Both the position numbers and the translations under genes were made by a program. Below the pieces are notes generated by a model, which searched no databases, was not told where the DNA came from, and was given only the letters and a program-made list of their open reading frames with translations. DNA of 22,290 nucleotides, taken from contig JBJCIZ010000571.1 of the NCBI GenBank assembly GCA_051294375.1, positions 1 through 22,290 on the forward strand, in the 5' to 3' direction. Of this stretch, positions 1 through 10,469 are shown one piece after another (the first letter of the stretch is position 1; every line of letters begins with the position of its first letter). Origin of the DNA: Paraspadella gotoi (lineage: Eukaryota > Animalia > Chaetognatha).

Positions 1-151
1 TGACAAAGTATAAGGTTTGCGTGTGTGAAACGTGAAAGAGAAAGAGAGGTTTCCAAAAAAAATAAGAATAAGTACTAAAAAGTGAGGGATATTGAAAGAA
101 ATATTGTTGAGATAAGTTAATATATATTAACAATTTAAGTTTGCAAACAAT

Positions 152-159
152 GAATAATA

Positions 160-200
<41 letters not shown>
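152..200. repeat. (AAT)n trinucleotide microsatellite
   Basis: Run of aataataat... read directly. Confidence 0.9.
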
Positions 201-202
<2 letters not shown>

Positions 203-277
203 TGTAAAAGTAACAATAAACTACATTAAAGAGAAGAGAGTTAGTAAAAAATAAGAGAAGAAAGAGCTGTCCCCCAG

Positions 278-324
278 CTTCTGGACAAAGGAAAGCAGTG
301 ACGATGTGACCGGGTCCGCGAGTG
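278..324 (+). CDS. Possible small internal exon upstream of the lectin exons (xFWTKESSDDVTGSAS)
   Basis: GC-richer island between cccccag| (275-277) and G|GTGAAT (325). It has an open frame ending in phase 1, compatible with the phase-1 start of the 2516 exon. The acceptor has only a short pyrimidine tract. Confidence 0.2.
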
Positions 325-2515
325 GTGAATGATTAGCGACAAAAAGATATCCCTAAACTGAACAAATCAAAAATCTAAAGGAAAAAATGTCTGATATTAT
401 GCAGAAAGAAGAAAAGATGTTAATAAGCTAGGAGTAATAAGAAAATAGGTCAAGAGTAAGTTTACAATCTTTGTAGGTAAGCGATAATATTCATGAGTGT
501 GCAATTAGAAATTAGAGAGTCGAGATTGTAACTCAAAGCACTGCGATCGTGGAGGAAGGGAAGGCGGAAAGAACGTCATTTTCATAACGCACTCGGTAGA
601 CAAAGTCCCCGAGAAAAAAAATCTATTAATCTCAAACATAAGTCCACCACGAACCAAAACGAACAGTTATTTTTGGATTTAATAATATCACCGACTTGTT
701 CCAGGGAAATTATAACGGATAACCGTATGGATGGGATTGTCGAATAACCTCCTGACTTGTGAAAGTGTGAGTATTAGACGACCCGGTATATAACCGCTCG
801 TACTTACGTTAGTGATAATGGCCGGTTATGGTCCGGTTAGCTCTACACCAAATGCTGCGGATTTAAATATTGCATCGTCAGTATTTAATACTACATTAAT
901 ATCGTTAAATTTTACGGGATAACACTTTTTACAATGAAACGTTTACTGTGATATATTTAAATTTAATTAACCTCCGATTAATATTAAATAAGTATATTAA
1001 ATATTACATAAAAAATTTAGTCGAGAGCCATTATCCTTATAGTCATTCCAATTTAATCTTGAAATCTTTTTCTACTTTTCTCGTTATAATAAAGATAAGG
1101 AAAAAAGAGAAAAAACAAATATAACAATTATACTCCACATCAACATTTCACTGCAACATCCCCACCTTCCCATCTCGCCATTCCTAATTAGTGTATTCGG
1201 ATAACTTAACATGTTAACGGTTATTAACGGATATAAAATAATTTTTTAACTTAACCGTTAATACATTCATTTTACGGTTAAATTCGGTTAATTTTCAAAT
1301 GGATTTTTTTCATTTTTTGGTATGAAATCTTTTAAATAAAAAAAATTATTTTTTTCATGTTCTCTCTTATACTGCCTCTCCCTTCTCACCCATAATTTCC
1401 CCTCTTCTCTTCTCCATTTTTCCTGCTTTTTTCCTTTGTTATTTTCTTCCTTTTTTCTATCCTATCTCTCTCTTTTCTTTCTTCCCCTTTATTTATCCCT
1501 CCTAGTTCCTTTCTTTTTTCTTTCTCACTTTTCCCTTTTTCTTTCCCCCCTTTCTTTTTCCTTTTTTCGCCCTTTGGCTTTTGCATTTTTCCTTTTTGCC
1601 CTTTCATGCAAATTTAATATATATTTCAATTTTAGCTTAAAAAATAAATAATCTTCTATTTTTACTTTTTCTCTCTTTCTTTTCCCTCTTTAAAATTAAC
1701 AAAGAAGCAAATGAAAATAAAAACCGAAATGAATGAAAAAATGAATAAAAAACCAAATAAAATTATTTTTAAAAAAAATTTAAAATAATAATGAAGGAAA
1801 CGAATCTTAAAAAAAATATAATATATAAAAAAGATAATGATGATATACTTTTTTAATTAAACTGAAAAATATTATTTATTAATCAATAAATATTTTGATC
1901 AATGCGATAAATCAACCAGTCTATCAATAAATTAAAATTCATATTTAGTATTTATTGGTCAATGGACAATTGGTCATAGTTTATGAAAGACTACAAAACA
2001 GAAAACAAAGCGTTTAAAGAAACCAAACAAACTAAAAAATAATGAGAATAGAAGAAGTAAGCAGAAAGAAAAGCAGAGCAAAAGGAGAAAAGGAAACAAA
2101 AAGAATTAGAATTTGATGGTATCCTTTCGTCTTCATTGTGTTATGAGATTAGCAAAAAATATTGTTGTTTACAGCAACAATTTTATTTGACATGTTTCGC
2201 TTGTTTCAGTCTTTATCAAGCGCATTCAGAGCCAGAGTTAAAGAGAAAATAACATAAATACTTTATTTTGTTTTAAATCTTGATATTTTTAAATTTAAAG
2301 TTAAATTATAAAAATAACCGATTTTACGGTTAACCGTTAAAAATGTTCAGTTGTTAATGGTTAAGCGAATTTCCTAAAACCATTACTTACGGAACTCATT
2401 CCTCATGCCATTTCCCATTCGCCATTCTCATTGGCTCATCTCCCATTCGCCATTCCTCATGCATCTTACCTTGATCGCCACTCTCATTGCATTCTCACCC
2501 CCTATCTTTTTGCAG

Positions 2516-2691
2516 TCCCGGCCGGCGCGGCAATCGATTGGGCCGGGCGCTCGTTCCATGTGCGGTCGCCCGAACAATTTGCCACCCGTGCGGCCGCTGT
2601 CGAGACGCCGGGTAAGAGTGGAACGCCGTTCGGGCACGCCTACTCGCCCCGGCGGTGCACCGCGTGGATCGGCGCTGCGACGCTACTATAG
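2516..2691 (+). CDS. C-type lectin-like domain (CTLD) protein, exon for the N-terminal half of the domain, frame-disrupted
   Basis: GC-rich island with acceptor ccctatctttttgcag| (2515) and donor AG|GTAAGC (2692). It encodes PAGAAIDWAGRSFHVRSPEQFATRAAAVET...TAWIG, and a one-base shift continues as LRRYY, giving the CTLD WIGL motif. The WIG frame ends in TAG at 2689-2691, and its phase does not match the next exon without indels. Confidence 0.6.
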
Positions 2692-3101
2692 GTAAGCGGG
2701 AGACAGAATTCGAATGTGTTGGGTAACAGCTATTAAACTAATACAACTAATAATATTCATATTCACAAACTGACATTATTGTAAATNNNNNNNNNNNNNN
2801 NNNNNNNNNNNAATCAAAGATATAAATTAGTGTGTCTAAGTATAAAAAAAAATCATACGGCATAGAATTGTGTTGAGACACTTTTTAATTTTGTCAAGTT
2901 ATATACTCTTATTTTGCAAAAATATTGCGAGCCATGGGTCATTGGGTAATAATTGGCTAATTAAAATGATTATTTTATTATATAAAGCTTTTTTTTTAAT
3001 TCTGTAGTTTTTAGAAAGGTTTAGTTAAATCAAAAAAATATAATTACAACTTTTTAAAGTTTTTTTAAAAAATAGACTGAAAATTTGGGTTGTACCCACA
3101 G

Positions 3102-3310
3102 GCGCGGGAGATTTCGTGTGGCCGGATCACACGCCCCTGGTTGTCGACGGGGCGGGCAAATACGGGTGGTGGGAAGAGCAGCCCGGCAAAGTCGGGCAGG
3201 GAGACTGCGTCAAGACGGGCGTGGATATGACAACGAGAACGTTCGGATGGCAGACTTACGATTGTCGGTATCAATATGCCTTTTTGTGTGAGCAGAAAGA
3301 GGGGAAGTGA
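3102..3310 (+). CDS. C-type lectin-like domain protein, terminal exon (C-terminal half of CTLD)
   Basis: Acceptor tgtacccacag| (3101), phase 1. Translates (G)AGDFVWPDHTPLVVDGAGKYGWWEEQPGKVGQGDCVKTGVDMTTRTFGWQTYDCRYQYAFLCEQKEGK*, matching the CTLD pattern F-x-W-x-D...Y-x-x-W...QP...C-V...W...C...F-x-C-E. Stop TGA at 3308-3310. Confidence 0.88.
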
Positions 3311-3367
3311 GAGAGAGAGAGAGAGAGAGAGGAGAGTGAGGAGAGAGAGAGGAGACGAGTAGAGAGA

Positions 3368-3410
<43 letters not shown>

Positions 3411-3460
3411 AGAGGAGAGAGAGAGAGAGAGAAAGGAGAGGAGAGAAAGAGAAAGAGAGA

Positions 3461-3495
<35 letters not shown>

Positions 3496-3500
3496 GAAAG

Positions 3501-3534
<34 letters not shown>
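3309..3534. repeat. Imperfect (GA)n microsatellite starting at the lectin stop codon
   Basis: About 225 bp of gagagag... Confidence 0.95.
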
Positions 3535-3536
<2 letters not shown>

Positions 3537-4023
3537 TCGCGAAAAGCAAGAAAAGAAAATCAAAAATACAAGATTTAGAAATATTCAATCAGACAAACAG
3601 ATAAACGAATATACTGATATGCAGTCCTTATTGTTCTAATTTTCTTCATGTTACATAAATGTATGTTATGTATGTTTAATTTTTTTTTAATTTTTGGTGC
3701 TAATTAGGGAAAATTTTATTTTTTGTGCCCCCGCAATCGATGGAACAAAATTTGCCGCCAGTTAAAATCTACTCAAAGTTTTAACATTTTTGTTTGTTGC
3801 CATTTTACGTTTTTTTCTTAAAGATTAACATTTATACTAGTTTACTAATTGGGTTACGACTTTTGTTAATTTGCTTATATACATAATTTACTTATTGTTG
3901 GTTTAATTGTTGATCTTATTAAAAAAAAATGATCTTGTGTCAATTTACTGTACTTCGATTACGTAACAAATTCATGTTGTATTTAAGTTTAAAATATAGT
4001 TTTGTCAGGCTTACAGTTTATAA

Positions 4024-4051
4024 AGAGAGAGAGGAGAGAGAGAGAGAAGGT

Positions 4052-4082
<31 letters not shown>

Positions 4083-4261
4083 GAGAGAGAGAGAGAGGAA
4101 TGAATTGAATTAAAAATATATTGTTAGCTTTAGGCTCGTTTCGACAAACTGGAAGGCCTTTAAAAGCTACTAATTTCTAAGATTGATGTCTGATACTAAT
4201 CAATAAATAGGCTTCTAATCGGAAGAGAGATGAGAGAGAGAGAAGAGAGAGGAAGAGCAGG

Positions 4262-4292
<31 letters not shown>
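4024..4292. repeat. Two (GA)n microsatellite blocks (about 4024-4097 and 4224-4292)
   Basis: Read directly. Confidence 0.85.
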
Positions 4293-4297
<5 letters not shown>

Positions 4298-5020
4298 GGA
4301 GAGGGCTCGCAGAACTTAATCTCAGCTCGATTCTTGCGAGACTTTCAACGACGCGAAATAACGAGGAGAGGGGCTAATGCCGAGGTCACCGCATTTCGGT
4401 CTATACGTTAGAGAATTTCCTTTTTTTTTCCCTTCTTTTTTTCCTTATTTTTTCCTCAGTTTTCTTTTTTTTTTTTACCCTTCCACACCCCAAGTTTTCT
4501 TGCCTTTATAAATCCTTCAGTCTTCAGTTTCTTGCTCGTTTTTTTTTTCCTTTGTTACTTTTATAATTTTTTTCACTTTTTTTTCTTCCAAATATTTTTT
4601 CTTTCTTTCTCATATTTACACATTATTTTTCCATTTTCCTTTATTCCTTTATTCTAAAATTTTTATTTCATTTTTTATCTTTAATTTCAATTTTAACTTT
4701 TATATTTCTCTCAATATTTAATCTTTATAATTTTTGTTCTTTACATTTTCTTTTTTTTTCCTTCATTTTCTCTTTCTTTCCATTTGATTTTTTTGTTCTT
4801 TTCCTTTTCCTTTTCTTTTTCCTTTTTTTTCCATTTTTCCTCCATTTTCTCCTTCTTTTCCCTTGTTTTCTTTGTTCTTTTCCTTTTTTCTTTTTCCCCC
4901 ATTTTCTATCTCTTTTTTTTTCTTTTCCCAAATCGATGCTTTTTTGTCTTTGTTTATGTCGTTTGAAAATCCATCTGTCTGTCCTCATTGGATCGCACCA
5001 GTGAGCAAAGAAACACATTG

Positions 5021-5023
<3 letters not shown>

Positions 5024-5068
<45 letters not shown>
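5024..5068. repeat. (TC)n microsatellite
   Basis: Perfect ctctct... run. Confidence 0.95.
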
Positions 5069-5070
<2 letters not shown>

Positions 5071-5630
5071 GACCATCTTTGTTTCATGTTTTTGTTATCT
5101 ATTTTTTCCTTTTTTATTGATTTTTGAAGATTTTAATACTTTTTTTAGCTGACATTTTCGTCATCATCGTAACATTGAGGAAACATTTCATTCCCTCAAG
5201 TTTAGAAGGCTGATCTATCTTCAAAAATAAGCAAATAGTAAATTCGCGTCTTGTATAGTAAAGTCTCGCTCACCACACCACAGACGGCTCAGAAGTCAGA
5301 ACAGCTTACAAGCTTTAAGTTCACTCCACTCGCGAACTTGTTGGGTTAACGTCTGATTATACCGGTATAAACACGTCAGCGACCTGAGGTTCTCACTTAA
5401 GATACAATACCCAGAACGCCATCTGTCGGGAGATGCCGCACATGCATCAACTATCTTTAGATATAAAAATAATATAAAAATAAATTAAAAGTACAATTCA
5501 TGTTTTAAGATTTTAGTTAAATTCTTTATTCATTCTCGTTTTACGCAGCTAAGACAAAAATGTCAAAATATGTCAACAAAAAAGTATAACCCTCTCAATC
5601 TAATCACCAAAATCTCGATGAGCGAAACAA

Positions 5631-5712
5631 ATCACCAAAACTGATCACCTAACTGATCACCAAAATCTGATCACCAAATCTGATCACCAAATCTGATCAC
5701 CAAAATCTGATC
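5631..5712. repeat. 12-14 bp tandem repeat, consensus CTGATCACCAAA(A)T, about 6 copies
   Basis: ctgatcacctaa ctgatcaccaaaat ctgatcaccaaat ctgatcaccaaat ctgatcaccaaaat ctgatc. Confidence 0.85.
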
Positions 5713-6180
5713 TCAACTTCGCCCGAAAAAAAAGTCACGTAAAAGATGAATGCTCTTTTTTTCTAGGTCTCAACTTATCGCGCGATTTCGCGTCGACGCC
5801 CTCTTCCGTCCTATCCTATCCCCTATCCCTAACATCGTTTCTCCATTAGTCCTGACATCGACTGACGTTCTTATCCCCCCGAAATATCTTGCGGTCATCT
5901 TCGTTCCACAGTCTCGTCTCTCAATTTTTAAGGCCTTCCTATATTTCATGACACAAAATTTCCAAAGTTTTTCACAAAATCGCATTCGCAATGTATCTTT
6001 TTCGCGTAAAGTTAATTAATTACCATTAAGCTATTTTCGCGTATTTTTCTTAGATTTTAATAGTTTACACCCAGCCCGTCACCGCTCACCACTGCCCCAT
6101 TCATCCCATCTCTCCCTATCCCCATCACCCCATCTCCCCATCACCCCAGCACTCCATCAACCTCCTCCCTCTTTCTCTTC

Positions 6181-6260
6181 GCTCGACTTGACGTCTCGCG
6201 TTTCCGGTCACCTGAACATGAAAAGTCGCGCGACGGTTCGAGGGTCACGTGACTTGGACC
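6181..6260. promoter_or_regulatory. CpG-rich promoter-like island with a palindromic E-box GTCACGTGAC
   Basis: GTCACGTGAC at 6244-6253 (USF/MiT-TFE CLEAR-type consensus), TGACGTC at 6189-6195, TTCCGG at 6202-6207, and GGGGCGGA nearby at 6408-6415. Motif matches only. Confidence 0.3.
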
Positions 6261-6262
6261 TT

Positions 6263-6263
6263 G

Positions 6264-6295
<32 letters not shown>

Positions 6296-6400
6296 GTCGT
6301 CTTCGTCGTCCTCGACTTAGTTTTGGTCGTCGTCGTCGTCGTCATTGCTGTCGTCGTCGTTGTCGTCGTCTTGATTTTCGTCGTCGTCTTTGTCGTCGTT
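6263..6400. repeat. Imperfect (GTC)n trinucleotide repeat
   Basis: gtcgtcgtc...; source of the poly-V and poly-T ORFs. Confidence 0.9.
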
Positions 6401-6692
6401 TTATATCGGGGCGGATCAATGAAGTTAATCCTTTTTACTCGTTGACTATTAAAAGTTTTTTGTAACATATCTCATACAAACAATATTTTCTCCAGCAATT
6501 TAAGCATGAGTGTCTAGTTAGTTTATTAACAAAAAATGTAATCACATTTTAAATTTAAATTTTTTTTTCATTTCAAGAACAATCGCAAGATTCAGTAAAC
6601 AGTAAAAAGGTTTTTTCTGTCAGTGAATCATAATGATTTTACAAGTGAATCAATCAGTCAGTTTGACATCCAGTCATTCAGTTCGTTCATCA

Positions 6693-6912
6693 TTCGACAG
6701 TTCGCCTTTCATTCATTTAGTCCGTTCAACATTCATTCACTTATCAACTTCGACAGTTCGCCTTTCATTCATTCAGTCCGTTCAACATTCATTCACTCAT
6801 CAACTTCGACAGTTCGCCTTTCATTCATTCATTCCGTTCATCATTCATTCACTTATCAACTTCGACAGTTCGCCTTTTATTCATTCAGTCCGTCCATCAG
6901 TCATTCACTGAT
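6693..6912. repeat. 56-bp minisatellite, about 4 copies
   Basis: The unit CGACAGTTCGCCTTTCATTCATTCAGTCCGTTCAACATTCATTCACTTATCAACTT starts at 6695, 6751, 6807 and 6863 (period 56). Confidence 0.92.
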
Positions 6913-7470
6913 CAACGTCCTCATTCGATTCATCCATCGTCTTACATTCATTTTTCTCTTATCGGTCGAGACCCATTTTGAAAAAAAAAAAGATCGAGGC
7001 TCGACCGCGATCCGGTGACCTTTCCATCAACGACACCGATCCCCTAATCGACTTCTATGGGAAAAAAGGGGCGACGTTATCGCTCGAGACTCGTGAGGCC
7101 TTCGTCTCTAGTTCCGCCTCAAAACTGTCACCTCGCTGATCCCCAAGTCCCGGATGTTGGGTTGAGTGGGGTGAGGGGAAGACCCGGATGTGGAGTGACA
7201 TAGGGTGGGAAGTCCTGAAGTGGGGGAAAGGTAGCACAGTCATGCAGTGAGAGGGAAAGTTCGGAAGAGATAGGGGAAAAAAGATTATTAGTACCAAAGT
7301 GATGAAAAAAAATGAAATGAGAGCAAAAGAAAACAAAGGAAAAAGAAAAGAAAGATGAAAAGAAAAGAAAAGTAAAAGAATTAAAAGAAAAAAAAAGTCA
7401 AGAGTTCTGCAATGAGGGGGGAACAGCTCCCCACAAAGACTTTTCTTTTTTCTTCAGTTCAATTAGGAAA

Positions 7471-7507
7471 TGGTCATACTGGTCATACCGGTCATACTGG
7501 TCATACT
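7471..7507. repeat. 9-bp tandem repeat (YGGTCATAC)x4
   Basis: tggtcatac tggtcatac cggtcatac tggtcatac. Confidence 0.85.
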
Positions 7508-8497
7508 TTCCTATGCCTCTTAGATCATACTAATTTCTTTTATTCACGTTTTCTTTTTTCATTCTTTTACCTTTCTTATTTTTCCTGTTCATATGTTGAT
7601 CTGTCGCTCATAATTCTAAGAAAAAGACAATCGGACAAAAGAATAAAAAAGTAAGTCACGGGTGAAGGGTAAGTGAAATGGGGATGAGGCCCATATGTTG
7701 TTGGGTAAGGAAATGTAAAGCGTAAAGATTCTGTCAGCAGATTTATAATCAGCTTTTTGAATTTTATCTCTTCTCTTTTTCTTTCATTATTTTTTTTTCT
7801 CCCAAATGAAGAATTTGTTTCTCTTTTTTTCTTTTTTTTCTAATTTTTTTTTCTTTTTTTTTCTTTTTTTCTCACTCCTTGTTCTTTTTTTTCATTTATT
7901 TGTCTTTTTATTTTCTTTTTTAATGTACCTTTTTAATTTTTTCTCCTTTTTTTCATATTTATCTTTCTTCCTTTCTTTTTTTTTCTTTTTTTTCTCTTTT
8001 TTTTCCTCTTCTATAATTCTCTTTTTTCTCTCTTTTTTCTCTTTTTTTTCCCTTTTTTTTCTATTTTTATTTCTTTTATTTCTGTTTTACCCTCATCTTT
8101 ATTTATTTTTTTTTCTCGATTTAGTCGCTAGTTACTATTTTCCCATAAATTTCTCCTTTTTTTTTCCTTTTGTTTTCCTACAATCTTTTTCTCTCCCTTT
8201 TCTTTTCAAATAGAATTTATTTATTTCTTGTTTTTCCCAAATCTTTGTTTTTCTTGATAGTTTCCTCCTTTTCCTCTTCCTCCTCCTCCTCCTCCTCCAT
8301 TCTCCTAGCATTTTTTGTTGCTTTCGCATTTTGGTTTTTTCACCCTCTTCCTCGCTCTCTCTTCTCTCTCTCCTCTCTCTCATCTCTCTCGTCTCTCTCT
8401 CTCCTCTCTCGTAATCTGCACTGTGTTTCTTTGCCCCATTTTTATTTCTGGTTTTCAAATCGTTAATTCCAGACACCCTCGAGAAAAAAACAAATCC

Positions 8498-8836
8498 NNN
8501 NNNNNNNNNNNNNNNNNNNNNNNNNNNNNNNNNNNNNNNNNNNNNNNNNNNNNNNNNNNNNNNNNNNNNNNNNNNNNNNNNNNNNNNNNNNNNNNNNNNN
8601 NNNNNNNNNNNNNNNNNNNNNNNNNNNNNNNNNNNNNNNNNNNNNNNNNNNNNNNNNNNNNNNNNNNNNNNNNNNNNNNNNNNNNNNNNNNNNNNNNNNN
8701 NNNNNNNNNNNNNNNNNNNNNNNNNNNNNNNNNNNNNNNNNNNNNNNNNNNNNNNNNNNNNNNNNNNNNNNNNNNNNNNNNNNNNNNNNNNNNNNNNNNN
8801 NNNNNNNNNNNNNNNNNNNNNNNNNNNNNNNNNNNN
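8498..8836. other. Assembly gap (N run)
   Basis: Ns. Smaller N runs also occur at 2787-2810, 13299-13323 and 22115-22124. Confidence 0.98.
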
Positions 8837-9624
8837 GAGAAAGACGAGAGACGTGCAATCTGTTTAAAAGTCAAAAATGGAAAAGAAAAATAAGAAATTC
8901 CTTTTTGAAGAAGTTTTTTTGATATTTATTCATTGATTAACATTGATACGCCAAGTATTGTACAATTAAACAAATCCAAGTTAAAAAAAAGCGGGCAAAA
9001 CAAAAATCGGAAACAATTTTTTTTGTTTGTTTCGTTTTTAAGAAAAAGAAAACAGAGGCAGACGGTGCTAATTGAAACGAAGGTAATTGAAAAAAAAACC
9101 AAATTTTGTCAATCGGCGATTTTTAACTTTATCGAATCATAAAACAGTTTTCATTTTTCGGAAATCCATTGTCGAGCTAAAATATTGTCCCAAGTTCTAC
9201 GATATATAGCCGCCGTAAACTTTTTTAAACTTTAAAATCAAATCAATTGATATCTGTCATTTCGCTTCAGTGCAGAGTATTTATTATGCGACTTGAAATA
9301 AAAATTGAAATCTCTCTCGTTTGCTTAAATATTCATGAACAAACGAACATGCACCGGATATTTATTTCTCAAAAATTATCGTTTTTTCAAAAAATGCCAT
9401 TTTTGCGGTTGTTTTGTTTCTACAGAACCAGAGAGAGAGAGAGAGAGAGAGAGTCAACATACGAGACGAACGGCCCAAAATAGTTCGAGTCGTCATAACA
9501 GATTTAATCGCTTGTAAAAGAAAAAAAAATGATTTTTAGTTTTTTAAATTGTGGGACAAAAGATTTGATTTCTGAGAAATTTAGTGTTTGCGAAAAGTGG
9601 GACATAAAGATAAAGACAATGATA

Positions 9625-9663
<39 letters not shown>

Positions 9664-9672
9664 AGATGGTGA

Positions 9673-10224
9673 CTAGACGCTATAGTCAATCCCTTCCAAT
9701 GGCCACTCGTAAGGATTCAACGTATGATGTCCTCTGGCCAAATGATGCTGCTGATAATCTCCGCTGCCGCTGCCGCCGCCGCCGCCGCGATGTTGCAGGT
9801 GATGATGGTGATGGTGATGGTGAGGCTGCGGCGGCGGAGGCGGCGCGTGAATCCCGTTCACCACTCCAGCTGGATGATAATACGCCACTCCAGAGTGTTG
9901 ATGGGGAATCAACGCTCCTCCAGTCAAAACTCCCCAAGAATGATGATGCGGCTGGGATGACTGCGGCTGGGGCTGGGGCGACGTTTCCTCCGCCCTCATC
10001 GGCGTCCCCACAGCGCCGCCAACGACGTCCGGCGGCGTGGCCGTCGCCGTGGTCGGCGTCGTGGGCGTCGTGGGTCCGGGGGAATCTCCTCCGGCGCCGA
10101 GACCGACGAGTTTGAGATCCTCGTTGGTGAGATGGTGGCGGTGGTGGAGGGTTGAGGGTGGTTGGTGGGAGTAGGGGTGGTCGGATAGTGGGAGGCGGTG
10201 GGAGTGGCGAGGGAGGGAAGAGGT
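9673..10224 (-). CDS. Terminal coding exon of an unidentified gene; low-complexity His/Pro/Gly/Thr-rich C-terminus, transcription-regulator-like
   Basis: Minus-strand acceptor ...ccctccctctatccag| before 10224, phase 0, then 183 codons open to TAG at 9675-9673: TSSLPRHSHRLPLSDHPYSHQPPSTLHHRHHLTNEDLKLVGLGAGGDSPGPTTPTTPTTATATPPDVVGGAVGTPMRAEETSPQPQPQSSQPHHHSWG...PPPPPQPHHHHHHHHLQHRGGGGGSGSGDYQQHHLARGHHTLNPYEWPLEGIDYSV*. It spans a GC-rich island. The ORF track shows only the last 112 aa. Confidence 0.72.
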   Translation of the reverse strand, partial: TSSLPRHSHRLPLSDHPYSHQPPSTLHHRHHLTNEDLKLVGLGAGGDSPGPTTPTTPTTATATPPDVVGGAVGTPMRAEETSPQPQPQSSQPHHHSWGVLTGGALIPHQHSGVAYYHPAGVVNGIHAPPPPPQPHHHHHHHHLQHRGGGGGSGSGDYQQHHLARGHHTLNPYEWPLEGIDYSV

Positions 10225-10321
10225 CTGGATAGAGGGAGGGTAGGTGGAGTGGGATAGGGAAGAGGAGGGAGGAAAGGAAAATAAATGAGAATTGTAATTC
10301 GATCATTCGGGGAGGAAGAGA

Positions 10322-10351
10322 GACGACGACGACGACGACGACGACGACGAC
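10322..10351. repeat. (GAC)n microsatellite
   Basis: gacgacgac... read directly. Confidence 0.9.
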
Positions 10352-10469
10352 TAAAAGCACAACATATATTATAAATCGCACAAAACATTGGTCCTTGAAA
10401 AGCATTTTTACGCTTATTACATCATCATTTTATCATTACATAAATCAATTATACAATCAATCAATTAAT

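Noticed and set aside
808-854. Minus-strand exon candidate between ccgcag| and |gtaagta
   Set aside because: Stop codons occur in all three frames; at most a non-coding or chance match.
4306-4340. Short hairpin ctcgcagaa...ttcttgcgag
   Set aside because: A stem of about 9 bp with a bulge is too short for a pre-miRNA and is expected by chance.
6693-6912. CRISPR-like array
   Set aside because: The whole 56-bp unit is repeated with no unique spacers, there are no cas genes, and the context is eukaryotic.
9690-9725. PYEW as the caudal/Cdx hexapeptide, which would identify the gene
   Set aside because: The motif is YEWP, not YEWM, and is followed by a stop with no good donor and no homeodomain, so no gene symbol was assigned.
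9588-10115. 175-aa + strand ORF and other overlapping frames
   Set aside because: Antisense shadow of the GC-rich minus-strand exon. It begins across a GA repeat, and the minus frame has a proper acceptor and a coherent composition.
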